Source: Amphiscolops sp. MND2022
Lineage: Eukaryota
Assembly: GCA_964187785.1 (NCBI GenBank)
Contig: OZ076413.1
Location: 48,238,001-48,302,000, forward strand
Reading direction: 5' to 3'
Length of the DNA: 64,000 nt
In this document: positions 24,183 through 35,960 of the stretch, one piece after another
How the letters are laid out: the number at the start of each line of letters is the position of its first letter
Position numbering within the stretch: the stretch's first letter is position 1
The notes under the pieces: model-generated
Seen by the model: only the letters and a program-made list of their open reading frames with translations
What the model was told of the DNA's origin: nothing
Databases searched by the model: none
Program-made: the position numbers and the translations under genes

Positions 24183-25553
24183 TGTCGAGTATTGTTTCAA
24201 CTGAAACTGCATTTTTGGCCATTATGTCCACCTCTGTTTGGGTATCTTGGTATCTTTTTTTGTATTTATGACACGAGTTGTTTTTCATGTGTTTTTGACC
24301 CTTGTGTAGTAATTTTCGGCGTTTCAGTGGTTCAGTACCTTTGCTTGCCGTGAAGGTTACGTTAGTCTGGACTGGTGTTACATGTTGTTATTTATGTTAC
24401 ATGTTGTGTTTTAGATGTTTTTTCTTGAAGTTCTTTCGTACTGACTTTGCATAATTCTGGTTAGTTTACGTGCTATACCTTTTTTTCTCTTCGAAAGTCT
24501 CGTTGTTCAATTCATCTTTTCCTGGGTTCTTTTCGTTTCTTTGATGTGACTTGTGATTCGGTTTTGGAGGTTTGGTTGGGGCTCTGTATTGTGACCTCAT
24601 CCTCGTTGATGTGTGTCAATCGTGATGTGTGTCAATTTTAGTTGTCAGTCAAGTGGGATGGGTTACCCCATCTCCGTTCATTTACATTTATTCGTTAGGT
24701 AAGGGGTGGTATTGCCCATCCCTTGGATGTTACTTCATGTATGTAGTTTGCATAGGAGCGTGTTTGTTCTCTACCTTGTTCTTTCTGGCACGAGGCGAAG
24801 CCTACGAGTCACCGGGAAGGACAAGGCGTTCACGACTTAGGAGTCAAGTGGGTGTGACGACTGCATGTTACTGTCGTTTCGTCTCTTGATTTCAGGTTTT
24901 AGGTCAGGTTATTGGAAAAGGTTTTGTCGTCACAAAACCTCCATACGAAACTAACTTAGACTCCACTTGCCGCTGGTTTCCCACGCAGCAAGCTTCGTCA
25001 GATTGTGACGCTGCCAACCACACAAGCACGTATTTTGACGACGCACCCACACAGCCAACACGATGAATGGTAAGGCCTGTGGGTGGGGTTTAGTAGTGAT
25101 TGATGTAGCTTTAACTGGGTAGCTAAGTCCGTTTTATATTTTAACACGGAGTGTTCTTCGATCGGTATTAAGTGGAATGTTTTCGTTTGTGTACGTTACT
25201 TTCGGAATTGCAGAACAACCCCTTTTGTCGGTTTCACTTATGATTTTACTTGAATTGCATAAACTAGCGATTGGCTTACATGTTAATTTCATGTACTTAC
25301 GGAGTCCTGCGGTAGTGATGTCGTAGTGGTAGTAGTGGTAGCAGCGTTGCATGTATTTACCTTCCGTTCAACTGTCTCGGTAGAGAGTAAAGCGTTACTC
25401 TGCCGGTAATCCGGAGTGTGTATGACAATGAGTATCAGTCGTCATTGGAAAGTTTACACTCAAGATCGCTCTGGTAGTTGATTGTATGTTTGTATGTTGG
25501 ATACATGTTGTTGCATGTGTCATGTCTGAAAGCTTGCATGTAATTTTTACTTT

Positions 25554-27512
25554 CTATTGACTAGCGGATTTCCGTTGCATGAATTTCAGGAGAGCAGGTT
25601 TTGCTTGCAGCTCATGAACCAGAAAGTCATTGTATGTTTTAGGGATGGTTGCTTCCGTGAGGCTGTATCGCGTGGTATTGTTACGTGTTATAGGTACTTG
25701 TGTTTCAGTTGATGATATAGTCGATGTCGCATCGTCATTCAGTGGGGCGTTTTGTTCGCTCTCAGTAATCAGCGGAGGTGTTGCCTTTGTATCATATGGA
25801 TTCTCGTGTTCGGTGTAATGTGTGTTTTCTGTTCGGATGTTTTCCGGTAAGAGGTTCGGTAGAGGTGGAACCTTGCGGATCTGCTTGCGTTCATAATAAA
25901 TCGTTCCATGTTCAGAGTCGATAATTTCGGTTTCGTTGATTTCAATTTCGCTTGTGATTTCAGCCGGTGTCGGTCGTTCGAATTCAAGTAGCTTATGATT
26001 GAATAATGTTTGGTAGTCAACAGCATCAGGGTCACTGTAATGACGATTCGCGTCTTCTGTTATGTCTTCATTTGGGTCGTGTGGTACAAATGGGCGGAGC
26101 CGCATTCTGTGTACACACTGTGTCTTGAAGGTCCCTATTTTTCGATTAATGTAGTTAGAGTGTGACAAAACATTTACTACCTTGCAGGGGCCTTCCCACT
26201 TGAAAGAATTGAAAGGTAGCTTTTCCGATTGGGTACTGATTGTTAGGTTTAGTAAATTGCAAAGTCATCAACTTTCCGTGGTGATGCTGGCGCTTTCCGG
26301 TGGTAGTACGCTTTTTACTTGTGGAATGCTCGGATTATGTTTTTGTAGGTTTCCCTAAATTTAGCGTTCAGGTTGTCCACTAGTGACTGTGTGTCAATGG
26401 CGTTCCTCGACGAATTTATAGGGTTGCCAAATTTGAGATCTAGCGCATTGTATGGTACTCGGCCATGAAAGACTTCAGTCGGGGAACATTTCAGAGTTTG
26501 ATGGTACGTCGTGTTGTGAGCCATAACGGCGAGTTTGACGTACCGGTCCCATTGGGGTCGATCTGCAGAAACGTTTATTTCTAAGATTTGTTTCAGCTTT
26601 TGATGCGATCGCTCGATCATTCCAATTGTTTGGGCGTGTTTGACAGTCGCATGGGATACTTTGATCCCAGCTTTACTCTTCAGTTTTTCGATGACTTGTG
26701 AAGTAAAGGCAGAGCCTTTATCGGTAATGATATGCTTTGTTAGATATCATGTTTCGTGAATATGTCTAACAGTGCTTAAACTACAGATTTGTTATCCGGT
26801 TTCCGGATCGTAACAGCCAACAGATATAGTGAGAAGTAATCGCAGGCAGTTAGGATGTGTGACTACCCATCGCGATAGCTCACCAACTAAGTCTACTTCC
26901 AGGACGACCTCAGGACCGTTGCAGGGGTCATAAAGTGGTTCAAGTGGTGTAACGGTGCTAGTTTTTACAGTCTTGGCAATTGTTCACAAACTCCGGTACC
27001 TTTTCGGCTATGTTCGGGGCGCAGTACCTTCTCCTAAGTTCACCTAGCATTTTTGAAGCGCCAGGGTGTCCCTGCATGGGGTCGCCTAGCAGTGTCCTGA
27101 TTATAGCTTCCGTAGTTTCTGGAGGGACTACAATTTGACGGTAAGCTAAGATTCCTACGTTGTCAAAGAACTGCCTATACAACACGTTGTTTACAACTTC
27201 AAGCCTCTTACGGTTTTTGTAAAATTTTTGAAAGAACGTACTGGCAAAGTTCATTTGTCTGGGTGGGGTTTCTTGTTTAGCAAGGATCCTTATCATACTT
27301 TGGAATTCACTGTTTAGGCCTTGAGCCCTAACAATTTCTGAAACCCCCAAAGGGCATACCTGATTTACCATATGAACCTGGTTCCGTTGGTAGAATCGGA
27401 TGAAGAAGAGAGTTGGGTCAGGGGGCGTCAGAAACGGTTGCATCTGGGTCTTGATGTCGTCAATGCGTCCATGGTACTGCTCTTCGTCTTCGTGACACCA
27501 TTGAGGGAACAT
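25554..27512 (-). pseudogene. pol: Gypsy integrase (zinc-binding, DDE core, GPY/F-like C-terminus), frameshifted
   Basis: GHPGASKM...CQDC, VDLVG, IITDKGSAFTS, GMIERSHQKLK, KWEGP, VHRMRLRPF. Confidence 0.9.
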
Positions 27513-27654
27513 CGCCAGGAGTCACTGCATTGTTGGGTTTGGTGACGTCTTTTCATCAGGAACGTTCGTCTCGTCGGGTATGTATTCTTTTTCGTCATCA
27601 TCTTGTTTGGGCCTTTTCGATGGCAGGTCGATCCCAACTTTGAACACAGGTATC

Positions 27655-28086
27655 TCATCGTGCAATTTTAGGTAGATCTTGTCCTGAGAGTGATATCGAT
27701 CCAGGTACATGAGCCAGGACGAAGTCGAACTGGAGAGCCTGGTCGGAGTATTTCCACAGCATGGGCGGTATTTTCTTCGATTGGAAGAATCTTGTGAGGG
27801 CCTTGTTGTCGGTCATGACTATCGTCGGTTTCTTCATACCCCACAAGATAAGTGCCATTTCGTCAAAAGCAAAGTGCATGGCCAGGAACTCCTTCGCGTA
27901 CATCGTGAGTGACAACTGGCCTTCGGTAAACCTCTGCGATCCGGAAGCTACTGGAGCGTATGACTTCATCGGTCCAATATCGGAGTCTGTATAGTCCTGT
28001 AAGAGTAGGACATACCCAGCTGCATGTTGGCTGGCGTCACACATGATCAACAATTGTTTGTCCGGAAGTGGCAGTCGTAAGGACAT
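27655..28086 (-). pseudogene. pol: Gypsy RNase H
   Basis: MCDASQHAAG, YAKEFLA, VMTDNKAL, LAHVPG. Confidence 0.9.
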
Positions 28087-28099
28087 TTTTGCAGCATTG

Positions 28100-29050
28100 A
28101 CAAAGTTCTCGTTGATGTCAAATATCGCATCTTTGTGTTTTTAGGCGAGTTCGTTTATGACGTCTTTCTCTAACAACTTGTTTAGAGGAACCAGTTTCTC
28201 AGCAATTCTCGGAATGTACCGGCGGTAAAACTGCACAAATCCAATATACCGTTCTAGTGACTTCACGGACGTCGGTGATTTGATGTTTCTCAAAATCTTG
28301 TCGGTTTTTTCTTTGATTGTCGCGATGCCCTTGGTGGTAATGCTTCTTCCCAGAAATTCGATCTCGGTGTGACCGAACGCACACTTCTCCATTGACAGCT
28401 TCAGACCGGCCTGTCAAATTTTGGTAAATACTTCTTCAATGTTGTTGACTAGTTCTTCGTCAGTGTTGGCTGCAATGCCGATGTCGTCAACATATTGGCC
28501 GCATTTGTCTGCTTTGACCAAGGGGTGCAAGTACTCTCGAACTGTACTGTTGAAGGCTGAAAGAAACCGGTTCAATCCTTGAGCTCATCTGAGGAAGGCG
28601 ACGGTCCTGCTTCCAAAATTGAATGCAAGAATTGGACTGACTGTTCATCTGCCATCTTCAAGCAGTGGAACGCTTGTGAACAGTCCAATTTCCAAAAGAA
28701 TCGTTCTCCAGCCATGTGTTGTAATGCATCAGCCAACGTTGTCACTGGGTGATTGAGTTTGTTGTAATCATTCTTCAATAAATGGTTAATTCTTCTGAGG
28801 TCGACAAGGATGCTGTGCTCCACATTTGGTTTGCGTTGAGCGAATATGGGTGAGGAGTACTTCCTGTACGGTAATGTGGTGAATATACCGTCAGTGTTGG
28901 CTTTGCATCAACCCTTGCATCAACGCCAGAACAACTAGTAAATCATCTTTCAAGTTCGTCAGTGTGGGCAAGCTGTGAGCATAGACTGGTTCGTCGTGCT
29001 TCGGAGTCAACTTTATCTTGAACTAGGTGTTGATTCATTTGTCCAGTTTG
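28100..29050 (-). pseudogene. pol: Gypsy reverse transcriptase, frameshifted
   Basis: YSSPIF, LVDLRRIN, KLDCSQAFH, QYVDDIGIA (~28470-28497), KCAFG..IEFLG. Confidence 0.9.
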
Positions 29051-29235
29051 TGTATAGCGAAGATGTCTTGGTATTTCTTGACCAAAAAAGCCTCGATTGT
29101 CTGCTTCTCGTGAGGGTTCAGTATTGATTGTTCCCACTGAAAGTTTGCTAGAAATTCCTGTCGTTGTTCCTCGCTCTCTGTTGGGTCCAACTTCTCCTCT
29201 CCCCTAAGTTTGACAATTCAATCATAGCTTCGTCT

Positions 29236-30080
29236 TTAGATCTTGTTGAGATTTGATTGATCATCGCATGTCTCAGGGGTGGGGTACCATCGTCTGTTTG
29301 TTTTTACAGTTGGATCCTGGAATATTTGATTCAAGACTGCAGTGGCTTCCTCTGGGTGTTGTGGAATCAAATTGAGTTGATGATTGGTCATCGGCTGCAA
29401 ATTGCTGGCTCGTTTGGGTGTCATGATTTTGAACGACGCTATTGATGTACCCACATTCACGGTGATTTGGTAGTCCAGTGGGTTTGTGACTTGGACGTAG
29501 GTCTGACCCTTTCGGATTTCGCTGAGAGCCGGAGAGACCAGTAGGTGTGATCGTTTATCAAACGCGGGTAATCCTTCGACAGTGCCAGTGATGTCTCCGA
29601 GGTCACGCTCAATCACCACTGGGACGAACTTTTGTTGGTGGGGTTGGATAACTTTTTTCAGGGTGGTTTTCAATTCAAGCAACTTGTTATTGAACTTCCC
29701 GTAGACTGATCGTAGTTGGAGGGTTATGTCCGGTAACTTGACAATGTTGTTGGCCAGGTCTAGAGTAACGGAGTACTTTTTGAAGAATGGCTTTCCAATG
29801 AGTATGTTACCCATTGTCAGGAGAAACATAAATTTTCCTTCGAAAATTTTGCTGCCAATGAAGAAACGTGTAACACTTGTTTTCGCACTGGCACAATGTT
29901 GCCATTGGCGATTTGAACTTTAAACTCCGAGGCGGGGAGTTCTTGGAGAAAGGCGGCTGGATGAACTGTTAGGATGCGTCGAAGCTCCGCTTCCCATGAT
30001 GCACTTCGAATTGCCCCAGTGTCGAGGAGGCCAAAACTTTCGTACTCGCGTGGAATACATACAACATCCTGTCTTTCTTG
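29236..30080 (-). pseudogene. pol: Aspartic protease and spacer
   Basis: GLLDTGAIRSA at ~30000-30032; ILIGKPFF. Confidence 0.8.
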
Positions 30081-30299
30081 TTGAGTTGCAGAGTAGAGCT
30101 CAACTGGCGGATTTCGTAATTTGTCTTCTCCGGTGGGTTGTTTGGTTTTGGAGGTGAGGGTTGTTTGGTTTGGTTAGTTTCGTCGCTCAAGTCATTGCTC
30201 GGAGTTGACGTTTCCATGTTGTTGACTTCGGGTCGTCGGTTGCGTTCTTTTGGTCTAATTGTGTAGTTATCAGTCGAATGTTTCGTAATAACGAAGTTT

Positions 30300-31857
30300 G
30301 TAGTCTCCTTAGTGCCACCCCGTGTGGTTTGAAGTCCTCAGTCGAGTTTGTGTAGAAGGTGATAGTTGTTGTTTTGGGCGCGCACTTTCGTTTGATTGAG
30401 CAGGATGACGTGGCTTTAGGAGTTTTTGGATTTTCCACGTCATCATGTCTTTCGGTTTATCCGGTATCGTCATCTTCTGCGTGTGTTGTGTGGGACAGCT
30501 CATTAGCATTGTAGACTCTATTGTTGATCTGATTGAAGTCCCTTCTGAACTGCTTGTTTTCCTCCGTTGTATAATGAACCGGGACGCTTCGGTATGCGGC
30601 CGTAGTCGTGTTCCTGTAGTAACAGTCTCGGTCTGAGTGTCCCACCTTTCCGCAAATTTGGGGTTCGCAAATTTGTTTTGACTTTCTTCTCGAAAAGCTG
30701 GGGTTCGCTGAAAACCTTTTCCGCAAAGTTGGAGTTCGCAAATTTGTTTTGACTTTCTTCTCGAAGTCGTTGTCTGCATTCGGCCCAATTGTGCCCGTGT
30801 ATGCCGCAGTAACGGCATTGTCCATCAAACTTCCTCTAGCGTTCCCTGTTTTGTTGGTGTTGGAAATTGGAAGACTGTGATGTGGCAACGTGTGGCAGAG
30901 GTTGTACGAATGTTCGAATTTCCTCCATCGTCGCATCGTGCTTTCCTGCCATCGCTAATTCATTCTGCATCTGTACGGGGAGTTTTGCAAACAGAAATTT
31001 CTCTAATGTCACCCGATCTGTCCCCGAATGCCTGTTTGGCCACTTTCTTGTATTTGTTGAGAAAATCATTGAACGTTTCGGCCGATGGATCATAGCGGAT
31101 CTGGTCGAAGTTGTATTTTTCCACTTCTTTTCAATCTTCTTTGGCATACTCTTTTTAAAGTAACGCAAAATTTGTGCCAGCCTTGTTTTGTTTGTTGTTT
31201 TGAGTGACTGCCACAATTTGATAGCATCGTCACGTAGCAAGCTCTGGAAGTATGCCAGTTTCTGCTCTTCTGACAGGTTTTGTTGTTGTGGTCGAAAATG
31301 GTTGAGTAGGAGGTGTCCAATTTTGTTATATTTCTCCCTGTTCCCTCGGAGAAGAGGAACTTGGGTCCGGAGAATCTTCGGATGATGTACAGAATCCGTC
31401 ATGGTATCTCTCAGGTGGTGGATGTCTGTTAATATGTCGTCAATCTATTGTGCGGGTGGTTGAGGTCGGTGTGATGTTGATGGGCGGGATGGGTTCGTCT
31501 GGGTATTGCTTGATCCCACTCCTGTCACCATGTCGGAACGTGTCTTGTGTCCAATTGAGATAGTGTTTAATTCGTTCCCTTCTCTTTTACTAGAGGATAT
31601 CCTTTCAGTTAGTGCTAGGACGAGATTTCTTGAGTCGCTAATCTGTTTATTCATTTCGGAAAAACGTAAGTCCACTGTTTGTCTATCATTACCGTTTTGG
31701 TAGTTTAGTAAATCGCCATTATTGAATTCGTTTATTTGATCTCTCGTAAGGATCTCGCTTACACTACTGTCTCTTTCGGAGTCACTGTTTCTATCCATTC
31801 CCCGCTAATATCTGCTAGATTACTTCTTGCTGTCTGCTGACATCTCGTGGTAACCGT
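30300..31857 (-). pseudogene. gag: gag, beginning inside the 5' LTR and reading through the PBS; two CCHC-type knuckles
   Basis: The start codon position 31857-31855 is ACG here (ATG in the 3' LTR). The frame reads TRSD-MVTGVGS across the LTR end. CRYCGIHGHNWAEC and ICGKVGHSDRDC knuckles; ~71-bp internal duplication at ~30647-30765. Confidence 0.85.
31513..31530 (-). promoter_or_regulatory. Primer binding site complementary to the tRNA-Leu 3' end
   Basis: TGGTGACAGGAGTGGGAT. Its complement ATCCCACTCCTGTCACCA differs at one base from the metazoan tRNA-Leu(CAG) end ATCCCACTCCTGACACCA as I recall it. Confidence 0.85.
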
Positions 31858-32675
31858 AAAGACAAAAGTGGAAGTTTTTTAAGTTTAATTGATTTATTGA
31901 AGGACCATTTTTAGGTAAATATTGTAACTGAAGATCATTGCAAGGTTGATGTAGTTGGTAACTACACGTCGTTGTATAGCAATTGATAATGGCCGTCAGT
32001 TTGCACCTGCTGTTTGGTATAGTGTTGTTGGTCACCTGACCTCATCAACCAAGCATTTTATAATGGTGTTAAATAACACCTTGTGTTTGGTGGCGAAATA
32101 TGCGTCTAATGGTATGAGTGCAAAGATGGCACGCTGCTATGGTTACATATGTCATTGTTCAATACACACTAGTACTATATGTAGTACAATTGCACTTGTG
32201 AAAGTATGGCGATTTTGTATCACTAACATTGAAGATGATACATGTTACTATAAGATGATGTCGTAGCACCAACATCAGCTAAATGATAGGTTATGGAATG
32301 AGTATTAAAATTGCAAGTACTTTTAGCACACGATTCAATGTACTCAATACAACTACGTCAAACACTAGAAGCAGGTTTAATGTCTAGATAAAAATGGTTT
32401 ATTCTGCACAAATGTATGGATGATGCATGTATCACGACCACGTCACAATATATTCATGTAAAAGTGTTTGAGTTTGTTTCTTCAATGTTGTGTTGTCAAC
32501 TGCGTTCATTCATTTTCTTATTTCTCCTTTAGTTCCTTTCTTCTCTGATCTTGTGACGTTGTGCGTATGGCAGCGTCACTTCATAAATCTTGTTTGTTTT
32601 CACTTGTGCTTTCCATTTGGCGGTGCTGTACTGGTAACGTTGTCGTTTCTTAGTAATCATGCGTACTGCATGACA
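31531..32675 (-). repeat. 5' LTR (1145 bp)
   Basis: Direct repeat of 17332-18485; TG..CA ends; followed by the PBS. Confidence 0.95.
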
Positions 32676-33729
32676 ATAATCATGACTGATTGTATCAGTC
32701 ATTTATTTGATCACATCAAGATACATATGCCGCAAAAGTGTAATTTATCATCAAGTGTAAACTGTATTTTTCGTAAAACGAGAGCGAACCGTATTCTAGT
32801 CAAACAGTGCACCGTGTTCGTCATGAATGGTGATGCACAGTGTAATCAGAAATTGCGGATTGTGTGCTTTGAGCGTACGTAATTAGAAAAAAGTGGAAAC
32901 CAGTCACATTTTGGTACACACCGTTAGTAAAAATAACTCCAAACGATGCTTCCATTCATGTGTGAAGTAAATACCAGTCAAAGTACGTAATTGTAGAGAG
33001 TGTAAAGTAGTCATTTACTGTATTTTGATCACTACGCGTAACGCCAAATCACATAGTGTAACGAGCAAAACTCGTAACGTATATCTGAAATAAGAACGCG
33101 TTTTCATTGGCTTTTAATCGAACTAGCAAGATCTTGTTAGTTCGTTGCGGCATATGTATCGTAATGCAGTACAGCATGTGTTCTAACAAGGAAATTGCGC
33201 TTGCTGTATGTTTCAGTTTGTTTGGTAACTTTTTTCCTTCTCTCAGTAACAAATCATGTATTTGAAAAAAAGTCGAATTTATCCGGGAAACACCTCCGGA
33301 AACGATTTTTGTGAGAAGTTTATAAAGTCCTAATTTTCGGCAGTTTGAAGAACATGACATAAATTAAAGCAGATTCAACAAAAGTGTTCATGGGAAGATT
33401 ACCTGATAATAAAGATGGCCATGGAAAAAAACTACCTAATGTTACGGATGATCATGTATGAAAACCCAAGAAGAAAATCTAGCTTTAAGACTTTTGCATT
33501 ATATCAAATATCTTGAGATCCAATCTTCCCCGTTTTATCAAAATTGATGCGCCTAGAGCCAGTAAGAACGTAAATATTCCAACAAATCGTGAGGTGAAAC
33601 TAACTAGCTTGTCGTCTCATAGAGACAACTTAAACGTACAACCACAGTTAAATTGATCTAACACCGACACTCTGAACTGCGATTTTAAATTGACAAAGAA
33701 TTTCAGTAAAACTTATTCTGAAAAGTCCT

Positions 33730-34240
33730 GTACTAGAAACGTTTCCCGAAAAGTCCCAAAAAACTACCGACGAATAGGAATATCAACTGTACAGAGTACC
33801 ATTTTGAGCGAATGTTTAGAAAAAAAAGAAAAGAATGTTTACCGTCAAAAATTCGGATATAGCGTACCGGGATAAATTGGAGCGTTTTTTGGAATCTGTA
33901 ACGCAACTCCTCAGTAAAACGCAACTTATTTCCGATATCACGTCAAAACATAGGATGATATAGAAAATATTATCTGTGAATAAAGTTTGAGAAAACCTGA
34001 TATCAGACAAAAATCCCGACTTTTTAACATTTCCATAGTGTCGACAAAAATGACAAGGGGTGTTCTGCTTAGCAAAGTTTTGTATTTCATGTTATAGGCT
34101 TTGGATTTGTTCAAAATCAAGTACTAAGTACTTATGGTAAAAGTACACAGTGCACGAGAAGCTGACCATTCAGAGTGAGACTGACAAAAAAAGAAGAAAT
34201 AGTCACTGAAATAGTCGGGCTCTTTTCGTTAATGGAAAAA
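33730..34240 (-). mobile_element. Partial HINE-like element
   Basis: Reverse-complement similarity to 15960-16560 (AGTCACTG..TAGTCGG, TTCGGATAT, CTCAGTAAAACGCA). Confidence 0.55.
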
Positions 34241-34464
34241 AACAATCGTATTTTTCTCAAATTCAAAACGCCCTAAAGGCTCATTTCAAACGAAAAAATT
34301 TTGAAAAGGTGAAACTTGAGATGCTACGACATCATAGCAACATAAGGAACAAAAGCCAATTTTCTGTTGTAGAAATATCTATGAATCTTCGTGTGGAATA
34401 ATCGTGTAATCTATAACATTGAAAAGAAGTAGACTTAGCTTTGCTAAACTGTATTCCGTACGGT

Positions 34465-35960
34465 CCCCAGTCGAACTCCCATACATTTCTTGCAAGAATC
34501 TGTCAGATTTCACTTCCAAGATCTTGGAAGACAATGCATTATTCTTGCAGGTATCTTGGAAGATCTTGGAAGATAATGTCTGGTCTTGCAAGATCTTGCA
34601 AGAAAATGTCTGGTCTTGCAAGATCTTGCAAGAAAAAATCTGATCTTGGAAGTAACTTGGAAGAAAATGCCTGATCTTGGAAGTAACTTGGAAGAAAATG
34701 CCTCATCTTGGAAGTAACTTGGAAGAAAATGCCTGATCTTGGAAGTATCTTGGAAGAAAATGCCTGAACCTTGAGAGTAACTTGGAAGAAAATGCTTGAA
34801 TCTTGAAAGTAAATTGGAAAAGGAGTCTGAAAATTTCCAAATGAAAGATTTTTACAGCTTCAGCAAAACAAATATAGATGAAGATAAAGATAAATATGTA
34901 CACGTATTCAAAGAATAAGACTTCGTTCGACATATGTGATTCAAGTTTGTTGTTGCTGTCAAGTGGACCGAATGTCAAAACTTCGACGAATCACTCGTCG
35001 TCCAAATCACTCTGCAGGTAGTCTGCTGCTTCCGTCTTCATGAGAATAACACTACCTTCAGGGCTGCACCTTTTATTTAGCAGTAGCAGAAATTGTTTAC
35101 AACTGTACATTTTCTGGATGCACTGACGTATGTTTCATCTCACTGTACATGTACACTTGAGTAGCTCCTTCATCAAGATCCTCGCAAGTTAGGGCACGGC
35201 TCAAGCGACTGTCCTAGATCACAATTGTGGCAAATGTGCAGCTCCCAAACGCGGTAGTTCTAAAACAAACAAATCATAATTCAACATCTTCAGTCACAGT
35301 TAAGTCCGCGCGACTCCATATACGACACATTTATAACAATTTAGCGGCTAAAACCCCGGTTAGTTGTCCTAAGTTGGCGTAAACTTTCCTGAATGGAATT
35401 CCGTTCGTCGGCTTCCTTTGAAAAAGACTTGTTTACTCTTCATCATCACTCACTCCAAGAGACTCTCGAACTGTTGTCAACAAGTTGACTCGACTCAAGA
35501 GGGTAATTAACCGCGCGCTTGAGGGTAGTTAACAGAACGCGTCGCATAACTTCTTCCAAGATAGCTTGGTTCAAAATTCTTGCTTGGTTTAAAATTCTTG
35601 GTCACCTTTAAGTCCGCGCGACTACATATACGAGACATTTACATTCAATTTGAGCATATTCCTGGTTTAAAACTGGCAAAAAAGCCTTGTTGTTTCCCGT
35701 ACATTCCAGACATTTTCTTGCAGAATATCTTTCAAGTTTCAGACATTGTCTTGCAAGATCTGTCCAAGAATCTTGCAAGAAATGTCTTGACCTGCAAGAA
35801 TCTTGCAAGAAAGGTCTGAATCTGCAAGAAATGTCTGATCTGCAAGAATCTGACAGGTTTGTCTGAAATCCAAGATTCTTGCAAGATTCTTGCAGATAGT
35901 GTCTGAAATGTACCACTTCTGCAAGATTCTTGCAAGAAATGTATGGGAGTTCGACTGGGG
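34465..35960. mobile_element. Non-autonomous TIR element (~1.5 kb), CMC/EnSpm-like
   Basis: 37-bp TIR CCCCAGTCGAACTCCCATACATTTCTTGCAAGAATCT. GT on both flanks (2-bp TSD). Dense palindromic TCTTGCAAGA subterminal repeats at both ends. Confidence 0.9.
34641..34820. repeat. 31-bp minisatellite within the TIR element
   Basis: TGATCTTGGAAGTAACTTGGAAGAAAATGCC repeated about 5-6 times with no spacers. Confidence 0.9.

Larger units (their letters stand above)
17332..32675 (-). mobile_element. Full-length (15,344 bp) decayed Ty3/Gypsy LTR retrotransposon with extra 3' genes
   Basis: Two ~1.15-kb direct repeats with TGTC...GACA ends, 5-bp TSD ATAAT (17327-17331 and 32676-32680), PBS, PPT and domain order gag-PR-RT-RH-IN. 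Confidence 0.95.

Noticed and set aside
16998..33053. Older solo LTR as the insertion target of the 15-kb element
   Set aside because: The flanks are LTR-like (many ACGT/CATG motifs, TCACA end), but there is no intact TG start or matching TSD.
34480..34820. CRISPR-like array
   Set aside because: Contiguous 31-bp tandem units with no unique spacers, inside a TIR element, in eukaryotic context with no cas genes.
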